Source: a virus | DNA: 64,000 nucleotides | IMG/VR virus record: IMGVR_UViG_3300021180_000008 | Coordinates: 9,568-73,567 of that record | Reading direction: 5' to 3' (one strand) | Part shown: piece by piece, positions 37,579-48,873 of the stretch | How the letters are laid out: each line of letters begins with the position of its first letter | Numbering within the stretch: the stretch's first letter is position 1 | Notes under the pieces: generated by a model | Databases searched by the model: none | Told to the model about the DNA's origin: nothing | The model's input: only the letters and a program-made list of their open reading frames with translations | Translations under genes and position numbers: made by a program

Positions 37579-38123
37579 TGACCGATGCTTGTACTATTGA
37601 CTGGGATTTCATACAGTCTTTAGAAGGCTTTAGGATTGAAGGCTATGTCCCTTCAGATACTAGTGGTGTTACCATTGGTACTGGATTTGATATAGGCCAG
37701 CACTCTAAAGCTGCATTACAAGCATTTGGATTTACTGAGAGTACTCTGACTAAGCTACTTCCCTTTTCCGGCTTAGTCGGTGATGACGCTAGGGGGGCTC
37801 TTAACCGGGCTCCTCTAGTTCTAAATACCCAAGAAGCTCAAGAGCTTGATGCATGTGTTCATAAGAGCTATGTATCTCAGATCGAATCAGAGTATAATCA
37901 AAACTCTGACTTTGTATTTAGCTTCTTAGACTCGGCTAAACAGACAGTGATTATGTCGGTAGGGTTCCAATACGGTTCTCTTAAGACACGCTGCCCTAAC
38001 TTCTTCAGTGCTATCACACAGGGATTGTGGCAGAAGGCAGTGGATGAACTTAGTAACTTTGGCGATGCATATCCCACACGCCGCAAGAAAGAAGCTGTTC
38101 TATTAGCTTCATCATTACAATAA
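37578..38123 (+). CDS. Endolysin, pesticin C-terminal-like muramidase
   Basis: IDWDFI..LEG....YVP...SGVTIGTGFDIGQ, V.FQYG, L..FGD.Y.TRR..EA.LL. Confidence 0.88.
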   Translation: MTDACTIDWDFIQSLEGFRIEGYVPSDTSGVTIGTGFDIGQHSKAALQAFGFTESTLTKLLPFSGLVGDDARGALNRAPLVLNTQEAQELDACVHKSYVSQIESEYNQNSDFVFSFLDSAKQTVIMSVGFQYGSLKTRCPNFFSAITQGLWQKAVDELSNFGDAYPTRRKKEAVLLASSLQ

Positions 38124-38133
38124 GGAATAATAA

Positions 38134-38427
38134 ATGCTTCATCTATTAAAAATCCATGCTAAACAGATTGTCAAAGCCATTGCACAGATTACTAACGTTG
38201 TTGCTGTGGCTGTTGGTGGTCTGCAAGCTTCAGGTGTACTGACTTTGCTTGATGCTAAACTGAACGTAGAGATTACGCTTGGTATCATCTTGCTTAACAT
38301 GCTGGCCCACTACCTGAAGCCTTACGAAGAGCCCACTACAGCGCTCCCTACTGCTGCGGTCTCTACTGCCCCTCCTGTAGTCGCCGCCCCAGCAAATGCG
38401 AACTCATCCGCAACCCCTTCAGCCTAA
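38134..38427 (+). CDS. Putative holin
   Basis: Two hydrophobic segments; adjacent to the endolysin. Confidence 0.55.
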   Translation: MLHLLKIHAKQIVKAIAQITNVVAVAVGGLQASGVLTLLDAKLNVEITLGIILLNMLAHYLKPYEEPTTALPTAAVSTAPPVVAAPANANSSATPSA

Positions 38428-38428
38428 C

Positions 38429-38701
38429 ATGAATTGGATCAGTCTCATAACTGGTCCTCTTCTACCGCTAATCAAAAGCCTAGGAAGTTTTGTGTCAACA
38501 CAGCTTCTTAGGCTTTCTGCTATTAGGCAAGGTAAAGAGGACCAGCGTTTAACAGATCTCAACAACGAGGAACACAGTGAAGAAGAAGCTGCTCAAATTA
38601 ATGCGCGTGTTAACGGCTTGTCTAATGACGAGCTGGCTAGTCTCTTGCGCGGGGGATTACCAGAAGGCGTCCATCCCAGTAACAAAAAGCCAAGGGATTG
38701 A
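38429..38701 (+). CDS. Putative i-spanin (Rz-like)
   Basis: N-terminal hydrophobic segment, helical periplasmic part, overlaps the lipoprotein gene. Confidence 0.6.
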   Translation: MNWISLITGPLLPLIKSLGSFVSTQLLRLSAIRQGKEDQRLTDLNNEEHSEEEAAQINARVNGLSNDELASLLRGGLPEGVHPSNKKPRD

Positions 38702-38822
38702 TCTCTGTCATGCAGGTATTATGCCCTTTAGTCTAGAACCAGATGAGCATGTGGATAGAGACAACCTTAAGAAGATGGTTGCTATTAATATGCTACTGGC
38801 GGAGAGATGTGGTATTAAGTAA
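38601..38822 (+). CDS. Putative o-spanin lipoprotein (Rz1-like)
   Basis: MRVLTACLMTSWLVSC lipobox in a shifted frame, overlapping the Rz-like gene. Confidence 0.65.
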   Translation: MRVLTACLMTSWLVSCAGDYQKASIPVTKSQGIDLCHAGIMPFSLEPDEHVDRDNLKKMVAINMLLAERCGIK

Positions 38823-39466
38823 TGAAAGTCACACAGAAGATATGTGATTACTGGAGATATAAAGAAGGATGGCTTTTAAAGCCTTCAGATAAAGTCAGCT
38901 ACTATAGGCTATTTGGGTATAATATAACTGTAACCAGAATATCAAATCGTAAATTTGAATTCTCTAAATCCTGGCTTACTACCTACTGCCATAAAACCCA
39001 TAATTGCTATCCATGGTATGTATTGAGATTTCTAGGGTATTACTTACAGATATCTAAATCTTATACCTGCTTACAGCTATTACTAGAGAGATACTCTAAT
39101 CCCGCTTAGCAGGGACAGGTCTATACTCTTTGCAAATGCCATCAAGACAATAGCCATTAGCCCGAATACCTTCTCTAATCTCTTTGGTATGCTTCTTTAT
39201 CTCTTGACCTAATCTCTGTAGCTCTTTAGGAGCTGCTAGAATTTCTTTAATCATCTTACTCTCCCCTGTGATTGATACGCTCATTTAAGAGACGTACAGT
39301 TACTTCTAAGTCCTTTAGTACTTCTTGAAAGTTAAATATGCCTTTAAGAAGATACCATATTAAGGCAGCTTCAAAGAAAGCCATCACTGACAATGCTGCT
39401 ATAGCAATATTATTATTGTTAATCAGGTTGTAGATGCCTGACGATGCTGAGTTAATAGGGTCCATG

Positions 39467-42400
39467 CTATCTACCTTGTTCCTGATTGTATTGTTGCCAG
39501 AATTGGTTAACTCCAAACGTACCCCTGTATAGCCCCTGTTTACCACCTAGATTAGCTCTGGTTGGTGCCAGGGGTTCTTCGCGTTGTACCATCTGTTGTC
39601 TTAATTCATTCATCTTAGAAGCCATATCCAAAGGCAGGTGATTGTCTTGACAGAACTTGGCATATTCCATAGCAGCCTGTTTCAGATCTTCTTGTGCAGC
39701 TTGTACACCTTGGCTATCGCCATTCTTAGCGGCATCCATAGCAGTCATCTGTGCATAGGCCATACGTTGCTGGAACCTTGCATCAGCAGTCTGGGTTTCT
39801 TTAGATTGCATCTTAGTCTCATGGATTTGCTCATTCGCAGAAGCTATCTGGTCTGAAGTAAGGCCTAAAGCCCTAGCCATAACACTCCATGTTGATACTT
39901 GATCTGGAGGCAGGGCCCTATAAGGAGCAACACCACCCATGCCTGACATAGCCCCTCTGGTAGACAGAAGGTAAGCTTTCTCCATGTTAGAGGCTGCTGT
40001 GGGCATAATAGCTTGTGCTATAGAGGCAAACCCAGGTTGCCCATTCCTATAAGCATTCCATGCACTGGCTGCATTGTTAATCATATTCCCCTCAACCCCA
40101 AGAGTGTCAAGGCTATGCCCTTGTTGACCCATAAGGTTCATAAGCACATCCTCGCCTGGGATGGGTAGTCCTATCCGTTCGGATATCTCTATATTACCAA
40201 AAGCCCTTAAAGCTCCGTTAGTAACCAGAACCCCAGCCTTAGCAGAACCAGTGTCATCAGCTATCTGTTTCTTGATCAGATACTCCCAATCGTAGTCAGT
40301 TCCGTTAATCGAGTTATAAGCGGCCTGGGACGTGTTTAGAAGCAGTTTCATACCAGGTAGGCCCTGTACACCAGAGAATAGTGCAAACGCTCCTAGCATC
40401 ACCCCAAGGGCTCTACGGCCATCTGTACCACGGTTGTACATCTTAACCATACTCTCTAGGACGTTATGGTCAAACGACATGAAAGGAATAAGAATTGCCC
40501 CACCAGCACCCTGAAGGTATGGAGAGCGATCTACCTTGCCTGGAGTACCATTCTCCTCATCACAAGCATACAAAGCCGCACAAAGGGCAGGAGACCAATC
40601 CGGATTACGCTGCCTCATGTCCTTATAGATCTCATTCGTTTGGTAAAGCTTATCTAGGAAACCCGGTACTTGAGTTTCTTTGGCTCGCATAGTATTAAAG
40701 TTAGCCATAAACGAGGTAGTACGGATCATACGCTCTACCATAGCCAAGGGCTTAGAGAGCCATAGAGCAGCCTGACTAGCCTTGTTAGCGAACTGACCTT
40801 GAGCTGTCTCGGTACCGTAGGTATCGCCAGTAGCGTAGGTTCTGGTGTTTGATTCGGCTAGACGGTTAGTGTCAAGGGCAATCTTAATTGCCTTAGCTTC
40901 ATCTTGATCTATATCCTTATTGGCGAGCATCTTATTGATGATGTCTTCACTATGGACAGCCCCAAACTTATAGTTTAGTTCCTTAGTGTACTTAAGGCTC
41001 TTTGCCATGTACTTGCCAATCATAGCCATATTGTTTAATGGATTCGGATTGATCTGGTTAAGATTACCTAATGTGGCAGTAGGCAGCTTCATTGTCTCTA
41101 CCAATAGGGATGACATGTTACCACCCATACACCATAAGTAGTTAGCCATCCTGAGCATTGAGTAGTCACCACCAGCAGAATTCAGATAGCCTCTTTGTTC
41201 CGTACCATTACCATCCATACCACCTATATGCTGAGCGATCTTGGTTTTAAGATTAGCATCTAACAGTTGAGCGTACTGTCGACGGAAGTAAGGAAGTTTC
41301 CTGGCAATGTCCATATGAGACATATAATGAGCATCAGTAGTCATCCAAGAGTGTAATACCCTATCCCAATCTCTGGAATAGCCATCAATGTTTCTAGACT
41401 TCTTAAACATCTTGGAGAATTCATCAGAAGACATCTTAGACGATAGCATATCACGTATATCGTTATATTTATCTGGATCTACATCGCGACTGTTAAGAAC
41501 ACCCATCATAGTCTCAAGGTTATCAAGATTGATGCCGTGCAGTCTCATGTTGTCATGAGTTAAGGCAAAGGGCAGACCTATGTCGCGCTTTTGAACCCCG
41601 TTCTTATCATGGAGTTGACCATCCATACTATCATGGATAACGAAGTCAGAGCCAGAGTATTTCGCCAATTCAGATTTAGCGCGTTCCATAGACCTAGGAT
41701 CAAACGCTTTATTAAATGTACCGGACTCAACAGTTATAAGGGCTTTCAAGTCCCCTTTGGCCCAGCGACCTTGAGGATCGTTATTACGGTAGTGTACTGA
41801 ATAAGCATACTTACCGTAACGTACAGAAGGCATGTACTCAGATGATTTTAATTTTGCAAGAGCATCTAGCTCTTCTCCTACAGTTTGTAGGCGGTTTGCC
41901 GCAGCTTTGAAGTCGTCTGAGTTACGTGCTTCAGGTGTAGCATATTTATCATTAAGCTTGGCTGTCTCATCAGCTAAGTCCTGCTTACCGAAGTCCGGCT
42001 TAACACCCAACTCTTGAGCTATACTCTTACGCCATTCAGTTTCTTTAGCACCTAAAGCCATGCGTCCAGCATCCTGTAAGGCCTTAAGACCCTTTACCAA
42101 ACCTGGGTTAGTTACGCTAATCTCTTGACCTTCTTTAAGACTGCCATGATTGACTGCTACATCCTGCATATGATCTTTGTGGTAGTCAAAGCTGACCTTA
42201 GTCCCGTCTTGATTAAAGCGTAACAGCTTCTGAGACTTGTTAACCGCTTTCATAATATCGCAGCATTGAGCTCTGTCAGCCTTATTCAGATCAGCAAAAC
42301 CACCTTGTAAGGACTTGGCAAACGCTTGTAGGTATTGACCTCTCTTCAGAGAAGCATTGTCGTATAGGTTCTTTACTGGGGCAAGGAAAGACTTCCTATC

Positions 42401-45400
42401 GCACAGATTACGGAATGATTCAATCCACATACCCATCCAACCCATCTTCTGAGGATTGGTCTGGAACTTACCGTTCTCGTCTTTAACACCTAACCTAACT
42501 TTAGCGTTATCGTCGTAAATGGTATTACAAGCATCTTCGTGATCCTTTGCGTACTTCTTATGGAAGTCTGTCGCAATCGCTTGGGCACGTGCGTATTGAA
42601 TTTGATGCATAGCGTCATTGATATGATCCTTTGCAAGTTTACCATCTAATGCGGATTTCATAATACTGTCGAATGATTGGAAGCCAAGGCCTCGCATCAT
42701 ATTACGGGACTTATCCATAAAGTCTAGAACTTGCTTAATACTCTGACGCAGTACGAAGGGGATGCCTTTCATAGCCGTAGGATCTTGGCTAAAGCGTTTG
42801 TAGCCTTCTTTACCGGCAGCATTAGCCCAAAGTTCTTCTAGACCACGCTTAGAACCTAGGTAAGCATCAAAGTTCTGATCCTTTAAGAAACCATCTTGCT
42901 GGAAGTAGTCTTTAAGCTTAGCAGCGTTCTCATGAACAATCTGCTTCATTTCAGGTGTCATAGCAAACTTCCATAAGAAGTGAGCACCTTCATGGTAGCC
43001 AGCTTCAATACGGTCTGCTTCAGTATAGCCATTACCAAATGAAACATAGATGTGATTAAGCAGTTGAGCACCTAAGACCGGATCGTGATGGATATTGTCT
43101 ATAAGCTTCTCTACTGCATGGAACTGAGTTCTATTACCAGTCACCTCCCCTACGATACGTTTGATTTGATCAATGCTCTTAGAAAGAAACTTCTTCTGCT
43201 CATCACCCATAGGGATTTTAGATAAGGCGTCGTTTACTCTCTTAGGCTGTAGAATGTCATTAGAGACCGTACCATAAGTTGGTATGTTTTCAACTCTATG
43301 CTGGAATTCAGTATTGTCAAACTTAGGTTCTAAGTTCTCACTAAGGTTCTTAACCGATAGTCCATGAATAATATCTTGAGGTGTCGTGGTCTCTGTAATA
43401 GGAATACCATTGGCCTTAGCTTCCTTAATCAAAGTAGGTGTAAGGGTATCAGGCATCTTACCATTAAGAGCTTTGATAAGGCGCTTACGACCAGCGTCAG
43501 TTAAGTTCTTCTCTTGGAACGACATAATAGCATCGGGATTATCAAGACCCTGAACATAGTTATTAATTACATCACGGGCTTTAGCCACATCATGTGTAGT
43601 AAATAAGCTTGAGGGATGTATTAGCCAGGATGGTCTGTTAGCCAGCATCTCAGGTGTCTGAGCTCTAACCATAGGACCCAGACCATCCTTGGTAGGAATG
43701 TAGCCTCTGGCTTGTGCTTGCCCCTTTAACGCATCTGGATTAGCTTTAGGCAGACCAAACAACTCTGGGTGTGAAGTCGCTAGTTGATTAGCCATATCGG
43801 TGTAAACACGCATACGATCTTCAGGATCAGTAAGGCCATGTAGCACTTTAGTCATATCTTCAACAGTAATACCAGCACGTTTAAAACGACTGATATAGTC
43901 CTCAGGCATATCTTGAGGATAGAGTAGAGAGGGATCTAGAGAAGGTGATTCTACTTTAGGAGCTTCTTTCTCTGTAAACAGATTACCTTGGCTTAATGGC
44001 TGAGGCTGTGTCAGATCACTTGGCTTACCTTCTTCTTGGTTCCAGCCTAGCTTCTGTCCTATCTTCTCTAAAGAAGGTTCCGGTGTAGGAGCATGTACAG
44101 CACCAGCCACAGCACCAAACATACCACCACCAATAGCATTATTTAGACCAGAGTCAACTATTCTGGAGAAGTTCTGAGCAGAGAACACATCAGGATTAGA
44201 ACCAAGTATAGCTTCACCCAGTACACCAATGCTTTCTGCACCCATACCAGCAGCGCCCATCTTAGCACCTTGAGTTAAAGCTTCTCGGGCAGCAAGTTTC
44301 ATCATTCCTGATTGATCAGTGACAGGAAGCAGTTTATCTAGGATACTGTGTGTTGTGGCTTCAGCAGCAGTTTTCTTATTACCGAATATAGAATTCCACA
44401 TGCTCATTTCAGGCAGCATGTATACACCAGTCTCGAGTCCCCCGATAAGAGCGGCCCCCATTGGGTCATCGTGACCTTGCTGCATAAGACTAGCATATTC
44501 CCCAGCAATCTGTTGAGGAGCCATAGCACCAGTAACAGCTAAGGCAGCGCCCTTAGCAGCTATTTCATTTTGAGCTTTCTGAGTAGCGAGGTCTTGTGTC
44601 ATTCCCTCAGCCATGTACTTAGAAGCCGCTTCTTCTGCAGTATCAGCAAGAACCTTAGATGCTATCTTACTACCAAGATAACCTTCTCCAGCAATAGGAA
44701 TGACACCAGCTAGGTTCTCACCTACTTGCCCCTTAAGATAAGGAATGACATCACCAGGTCCCTTGATGTCGTGAATAGAGCCTACTTGTGCTCCATATTG
44801 CTTTTGTATGTCAGCCGACTTATTAGCATAGTCAATCATATCTTGTTTGTTATCGAAGCTGGTACCAAACAGTTCATTAGCAGCGCTCTTACCAAAAGCT
44901 GGTAAAGCATTCTCCATAAGGTTAGCTGTATCGGCAATAGAGCGATGTACGCCCTTCATTACCTCACCCATATCTGGATTAGCTTCTCTACGTGCTATCT
45001 CAGCATTGATATCGTCTATAGAATAAGGTGACGCATCAGATTGCACTTGCTGAGGATTGGTAGTTGTAGGTTGTTGGTTCTGAGCGTAGTAGCCTTGAGG
45101 AATTACCTTAGCTTGATAAGCACTAGGATCTTTAGTTACAAAGCCACCATAAGCTGCTACAGCCGCAGGGACATCGCCATTGTGCTGGGATATAAGATGT
45201 TGGTAGTATCGCCCTGCTGCATCAATAGACTGGTAAGGATCAGTAGGATCAATACCCATCTGTTTAGCAGTGCTAGGCATGAATTGCATAAGACCTGTCG
45301 CGCCTGAATCTGGATTTACTGCACTAGGGTTGAAGCTACTTTCAGCTCCCGCAGTATTAGCCAGCAGGCCCGCAGGCAGTCCATACTTCTGCTCTGTCTG

Positions 45401-45532
45401 AGCTATGGTAGGAGCAAGGGCTTGGTAATTAGGATTAGCAGAGAAGTCCTGTCCGTTCATAGGAGCAGTAGACTGTCGTCTTGCTATCTCAGCATTAATG
45501 TCATCTATTGAGAATTGTGAAGGGTCGGTCAT
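39467..45532 (-). CDS. Large internal virion (ejection) protein with an N-terminal lytic transglycosylase
   Basis: AESSFNP.A....GATGLMQFMP.TA and A.AAY SLT motifs; HEGAH motif; 2021 aa at the end of the structural arm. Confidence 0.85.
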   Translation of the reverse strand: MTDPSQFSIDDINAEIARRQSTAPMNGQDFSANPNYQALAPTIAQTEQKYGLPAGLLANTAGAESSFNPSAVNPDSGATGLMQFMPSTAKQMGIDPTDPYQSIDAAGRYYQHLISQHNGDVPAAVAAYGGFVTKDPSAYQAKVIPQGYYAQNQQPTTTNPQQVQSDASPYSIDDINAEIARREANPDMGEVMKGVHRSIADTANLMENALPAFGKSAANELFGTSFDNKQDMIDYANKSADIQKQYGAQVGSIHDIKGPGDVIPYLKGQVGENLAGVIPIAGEGYLGSKIASKVLADTAEEAASKYMAEGMTQDLATQKAQNEIAAKGAALAVTGAMAPQQIAGEYASLMQQGHDDPMGAALIGGLETGVYMLPEMSMWNSIFGNKKTAAEATTHSILDKLLPVTDQSGMMKLAAREALTQGAKMGAAGMGAESIGVLGEAILGSNPDVFSAQNFSRIVDSGLNNAIGGGMFGAVAGAVHAPTPEPSLEKIGQKLGWNQEEGKPSDLTQPQPLSQGNLFTEKEAPKVESPSLDPSLLYPQDMPEDYISRFKRAGITVEDMTKVLHGLTDPEDRMRVYTDMANQLATSHPELFGLPKANPDALKGQAQARGYIPTKDGLGPMVRAQTPEMLANRPSWLIHPSSLFTTHDVAKARDVINNYVQGLDNPDAIMSFQEKNLTDAGRKRLIKALNGKMPDTLTPTLIKEAKANGIPITETTTPQDIIHGLSVKNLSENLEPKFDNTEFQHRVENIPTYGTVSNDILQPKRVNDALSKIPMGDEQKKFLSKSIDQIKRIVGEVTGNRTQFHAVEKLIDNIHHDPVLGAQLLNHIYVSFGNGYTEADRIEAGYHEGAHFLWKFAMTPEMKQIVHENAAKLKDYFQQDGFLKDQNFDAYLGSKRGLEELWANAAGKEGYKRFSQDPTAMKGIPFVLRQSIKQVLDFMDKSRNMMRGLGFQSFDSIMKSALDGKLAKDHINDAMHQIQYARAQAIATDFHKKYAKDHEDACNTIYDDNAKVRLGVKDENGKFQTNPQKMGWMGMWIESFRNLCDRKSFLAPVKNLYDNASLKRGQYLQAFAKSLQGGFADLNKADRAQCCDIMKAVNKSQKLLRFNQDGTKVSFDYHKDHMQDVAVNHGSLKEGQEISVTNPGLVKGLKALQDAGRMALGAKETEWRKSIAQELGVKPDFGKQDLADETAKLNDKYATPEARNSDDFKAAANRLQTVGEELDALAKLKSSEYMPSVRYGKYAYSVHYRNNDPQGRWAKGDLKALITVESGTFNKAFDPRSMERAKSELAKYSGSDFVIHDSMDGQLHDKNGVQKRDIGLPFALTHDNMRLHGINLDNLETMMGVLNSRDVDPDKYNDIRDMLSSKMSSDEFSKMFKKSRNIDGYSRDWDRVLHSWMTTDAHYMSHMDIARKLPYFRRQYAQLLDANLKTKIAQHIGGMDGNGTEQRGYLNSAGGDYSMLRMANYLWCMGGNMSSLLVETMKLPTATLGNLNQINPNPLNNMAMIGKYMAKSLKYTKELNYKFGAVHSEDIINKMLANKDIDQDEAKAIKIALDTNRLAESNTRTYATGDTYGTETAQGQFANKASQAALWLSKPLAMVERMIRTTSFMANFNTMRAKETQVPGFLDKLYQTNEIYKDMRQRNPDWSPALCAALYACDEENGTPGKVDRSPYLQGAGGAILIPFMSFDHNVLESMVKMYNRGTDGRRALGVMLGAFALFSGVQGLPGMKLLLNTSQAAYNSINGTDYDWEYLIKKQIADDTGSAKAGVLVTNGALRAFGNIEISERIGLPIPGEDVLMNLMGQQGHSLDTLGVEGNMINNAASAWNAYRNGQPGFASIAQAIMPTAASNMEKAYLLSTRGAMSGMGGVAPYRALPPDQVSTWSVMARALGLTSDQIASANEQIHETKMQSKETQTADARFQQRMAYAQMTAMDAAKNGDSQGVQAAQEDLKQAAMEYAKFCQDNHLPLDMASKMNELRQQMVQREEPLAPTRANLGGKQGLYRGTFGVNQFWQQYNQEQGR

Positions 45533-45541
45533 GGGGTATCA

Positions 45542-48370
45542 TCACTGCCCGTATTGGGATTTCAGAGCCTTTAATTGATCTAGTGTCATTCCCCCTAAGC
45601 CCGGCATCGAGCCCATACCACTACCTTGTTGTTGTTGTTGTGGCTGTCCTACCATCTGATTGAACTTCATCATCTGGGCTATCTGCTGTTCCGGTGTCAT
45701 AGACAGCAATGCAGGTTCCAGCGGAGCCATTGCCTTAGCCCAGTTTTGAGCTTGTTCAGCAGGTGTACCACCCATAGCTCTAGTACGTTCAGCAGCAGCT
45801 TGAGCTTGTTGCAGTTGGATTTTGTATTGAAGATCTTGACCTTGGTAACCAGCCCTTTGTACATCAGCTCCTGCTCGTTGTTGAGCAGCACTAGCCATAG
45901 CTTGTCTGTATCCAGCCATTGCGTCAATTTGGCGTTGTTGCATAGCCTGATTAACAATACCCCCACCGTAACCAGCCATATCAGCAGCAAAGTTACCATG
46001 ACCAGCATAAGGAGACATCATAGCAGCAGTGCCAGCCATTGATTGAAGTGATTGAGGCATACCTAAAGCATTATCGTATTGTGGTTGAGCGTTTACTGTT
46101 TGTGACGGTTGACCATTAGCAAGGTCTTGTATATTCTGAGCGTACGCGATATCGTCCTTAGTAATACCAGCTTGCTTAGCTGCAGCACTTTGTTGAAGAG
46201 CCTGAGCTTTCATATTAGCAATCTTATTCTGAACAGCAGCAGGTTGTTCAGGGGCAGGAGCTGAAGGATTAGACATAGCATTCATGGCAGCAAGGGAACC
46301 TACGCCAGCCAAGGATGTAGCTACTCCAGGGTATGCAGCAGCTAATGATCCAGCCCCAGCAATAGCAGGAGCGGCCTCAGGACCCATAGCTCCAGCAGCA
46401 AGGGCGGCAGGTATAATAGCAGCACCTACAGCAGCAGGACCTAAGATTGGGTGTTGACTAAGAGTGTTCTCAAGATTTGGAGAAGCTTGGTTTAAGTAGT
46501 AGTGTTCAGCAGTACCAAAGTCTTGCATAGCAGGGTAGATGTAGTCGCTCCACAAAGAGCCCTGACCATTGGTAGGAACTCCACCATTGTCATAACCTAC
46601 TACACCACCACGAGCATAGCCAGCAGGTAAAGCTTCAGGATTGGTACCCAGCATTTGATTCACGAAGTTTTGAGCTCTAGCATCATCAATAAGATTGCCT
46701 ACGTTATAGAGACTACCAGGAGTTGTCATAGTCTGAGGTACAGTAGCTATAGAACCACCATTATCGTAACCTACTAATCCACCATGCGAATAGCATCCAC
46801 CAGCACTAGCACCAAAGTTTTGATGTTCTTTAACCATACCACCATGGGCGTAACCATTAATAGAATGGGGTACTTGACCACCGATCATTAAGCCAATTTG
46901 AGGTTGTGCAGCACCTGGAGCAACCATACCCGGCATAGAGGGGTTAGCAAGGCCTTGTGAGGGGGTTGAGCCCATAGGACCTGGTTGCTGCCCGAACTGT
47001 TGAGCAAGTGCCTGTAGGCCTTGTAATGCCTCAGGAGAGGCTGTTTTAGTCTTGGCTATATGGGTCTTGGAAGGCTTGTGTAATAGACCAGCAGTTCTTT
47101 GACCATGGGAGAGGTGAGCAGGATTGACTAGACCACCCTTCTTATAGCCCTTAAGACCTTCTCTATTGTAGCCAAGATGAGGTAAGTCTCTTGACATATC
47201 GTGCCAGTAACTAGGAGCTCCAGGAGCATTGTGAGAGTTTACAGCACCACCTTGACGATAGTTCATAAATTCAGTACTGGTGCTAGAATCATAAGTTGGT
47301 GCAATCAGAGCCTGATCAGCAGATAGATAATTACCCGCAGTATCTTGTGTGACACCAGCTTGGTTCAAGGCACCTTGTTGAGTAAAGGGCTGAGATAGCA
47401 TATTACTAAGATTTAGACCGGATAGACTTTGACCCAAAGCAAGACCTTGTGTCATAGCAGAAGGCTGTTGAAGCGTTTGTGTAGAAGAGTTAATACCATA
47501 AGCACTAGCAGCCGGAGCCATAACCGATTGAAGGTTCGTAAGTTGCTGCCAAGGATACTGTGCTTGTTGTAGAGCGTTCTGTTGACCCGCTGTAAGCTGT
47601 TGTTGAGCCAGTTGTTGTTGTGTTTGACCGGAAGCTTGAAGAGCCTGAAGTCCCTGAAGACCGGTAGTTTGCTGACCAGTAGCGAGATTACCTAATTGAG
47701 CAGAACCTGCCAGACCTTGGTTGATGCCAGTCTGATAGCCTTGCATAGCAGTATTAAAGCCTTGGTTTAGAATACCAGCTTGTTGAGCACCAAGGTTCAT
47801 CATGAAGTTAGAAGCCAGTTGACCTTGAGCTAAGCCAGTTCTAGAGTTACCAAAAGCACCTGACCCAGCAGCTTGTTCATTAAGCTGGTTCTGAGCAATA
47901 CCGTAATTCTGATAAGCTTGTTGATTTGAGGTATTGAGTACATTCTGGATGTACGGGTTCATATAGGACTGGAATTGAGAGTTATTCAGTCCTTGGGTAG
48001 CTTGATTCGCTAATTGACCAGTATTGCCAATAGCCTGATTATAAGGAGCTTGGTACTGACCTTGTATATCACTAATGCCTTGAAAGGCTTGAGTTTGTTG
48101 AGGATTGAAGCCAGCAACCTGGTAGTTCATCGCCGGATTATAGGGCGTCTGAGCTAAGGATGTTGCTTGAGATACGTTATTCTGATAAGGATTAGCAAGC
48201 CAAGAAGGAAGGCTATTTACCGAGGTCCCTGTAGCAGGAGCGCCTTGAGAAGGGTTACCACCACCCAAAGACCCACCTATTGCTGAGCCAGCTAAGGCAC
48301 CTAGTTGTGGCTGACCTATAAAAGAACCGGCTATACCGCCAACCAAGCCACCAATTGATCCACCAGACAT
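45542..48370 (-). CDS. Q/A/G-rich internal virion (DNA ejection) protein
   Basis: YMNPY...V, A...GAFG.SR, Q.PWQQL motifs; repeated Y..GG.V. Confidence 0.75.
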   Translation of the reverse strand: MSGGSIGGLVGGIAGSFIGQPQLGALAGSAIGGSLGGGNPSQGAPATGTSVNSLPSWLANPYQNNVSQATSLAQTPYNPAMNYQVAGFNPQQTQAFQGISDIQGQYQAPYNQAIGNTGQLANQATQGLNNSQFQSYMNPYIQNVLNTSNQQAYQNYGIAQNQLNEQAAGSGAFGNSRTGLAQGQLASNFMMNLGAQQAGILNQGFNTAMQGYQTGINQGLAGSAQLGNLATGQQTTGLQGLQALQASGQTQQQLAQQQLTAGQQNALQQAQYPWQQLTNLQSVMAPAASAYGINSSTQTLQQPSAMTQGLALGQSLSGLNLSNMLSQPFTQQGALNQAGVTQDTAGNYLSADQALIAPTYDSSTSTEFMNYRQGGAVNSHNAPGAPSYWHDMSRDLPHLGYNREGLKGYKKGGLVNPAHLSHGQRTAGLLHKPSKTHIAKTKTASPEALQGLQALAQQFGQQPGPMGSTPSQGLANPSMPGMVAPGAAQPQIGLMIGGQVPHSINGYAHGGMVKEHQNFGASAGGCYSHGGLVGYDNGGSIATVPQTMTTPGSLYNVGNLIDDARAQNFVNQMLGTNPEALPAGYARGGVVGYDNGGVPTNGQGSLWSDYIYPAMQDFGTAEHYYLNQASPNLENTLSQHPILGPAAVGAAIIPAALAAGAMGPEAAPAIAGAGSLAAAYPGVATSLAGVGSLAAMNAMSNPSAPAPEQPAAVQNKIANMKAQALQQSAAAKQAGITKDDIAYAQNIQDLANGQPSQTVNAQPQYDNALGMPQSLQSMAGTAAMMSPYAGHGNFAADMAGYGGGIVNQAMQQRQIDAMAGYRQAMASAAQQRAGADVQRAGYQGQDLQYKIQLQQAQAAAERTRAMGGTPAEQAQNWAKAMAPLEPALLSMTPEQQIAQMMKFNQMVGQPQQQQQGSGMGSMPGLGGMTLDQLKALKSQYGQ

Positions 48371-48372
48371 GC

Positions 48373-48873
48373 CTAATCCTCTTTCCCTATATCAATCCTG
48401 GCTGGAGGAGAGAAGACGTATAAAGAACCGACTTCAGTAAAGCCAAGATACGTTAAAAGCTTTTTCTTCTTCTCGGCGTCTACTTGATTGAAGAGGTCAA
48501 GTACGATGGGTTGTCTAACTATTATACCATATTCTTTAGCTGAGTTCAAAAGTTTTCTTGCCAGAGAAAAGGACCTAAATGCAGGTTTTATATAGAACAT
48601 CAACCCATATACTATTGAATCTAAAGAATACTCAGGGACACTGTGTCTTAAAAGCAGGAAGCCATCTATCAGCTTAGGGTTAACTTTATTACGTCTGACA
48701 AAGCAAACCTCATTCAAGACAGCATTGTCAATAACCGAACAAAGCTTTTCAAAACAAGGGGTTATGGGTATACCAGAAGTACGAATACTGTCGTAAGACA
48801 TAGCGACAATCTGGGGAGCATCGTCAGGTAGGGCGGCTGTTATCTCATTCTCTTTAAGCTTTAATTTAGTCAC
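48373..48873 (-). CDS. GNAT-fold virion-module protein
   Basis: FYIKP.FRS...A..LL..AK, L..LGF..VG pattern. Confidence 0.6.
   Translation of the reverse strand: MTKLKLKENEITAALPDDAPQIVAMSYDSIRTSGIPITPCFEKLCSVIDNAVLNEVCFVRRNKVNPKLIDGFLLLRHSVPEYSLDSIVYGLMFYIKPAFRSFSLARKLLNSAKEYGIIVRQPIVLDLFNQVDAEKKKKLLTYLGFTEVGSLYVFSPPARIDIGKED

Noticed and set aside
39467-45532. N4-like virion RNA polymerase
   Set aside because: Too short, has an SLT domain, and no convincing single-subunit RNAP motifs were found.
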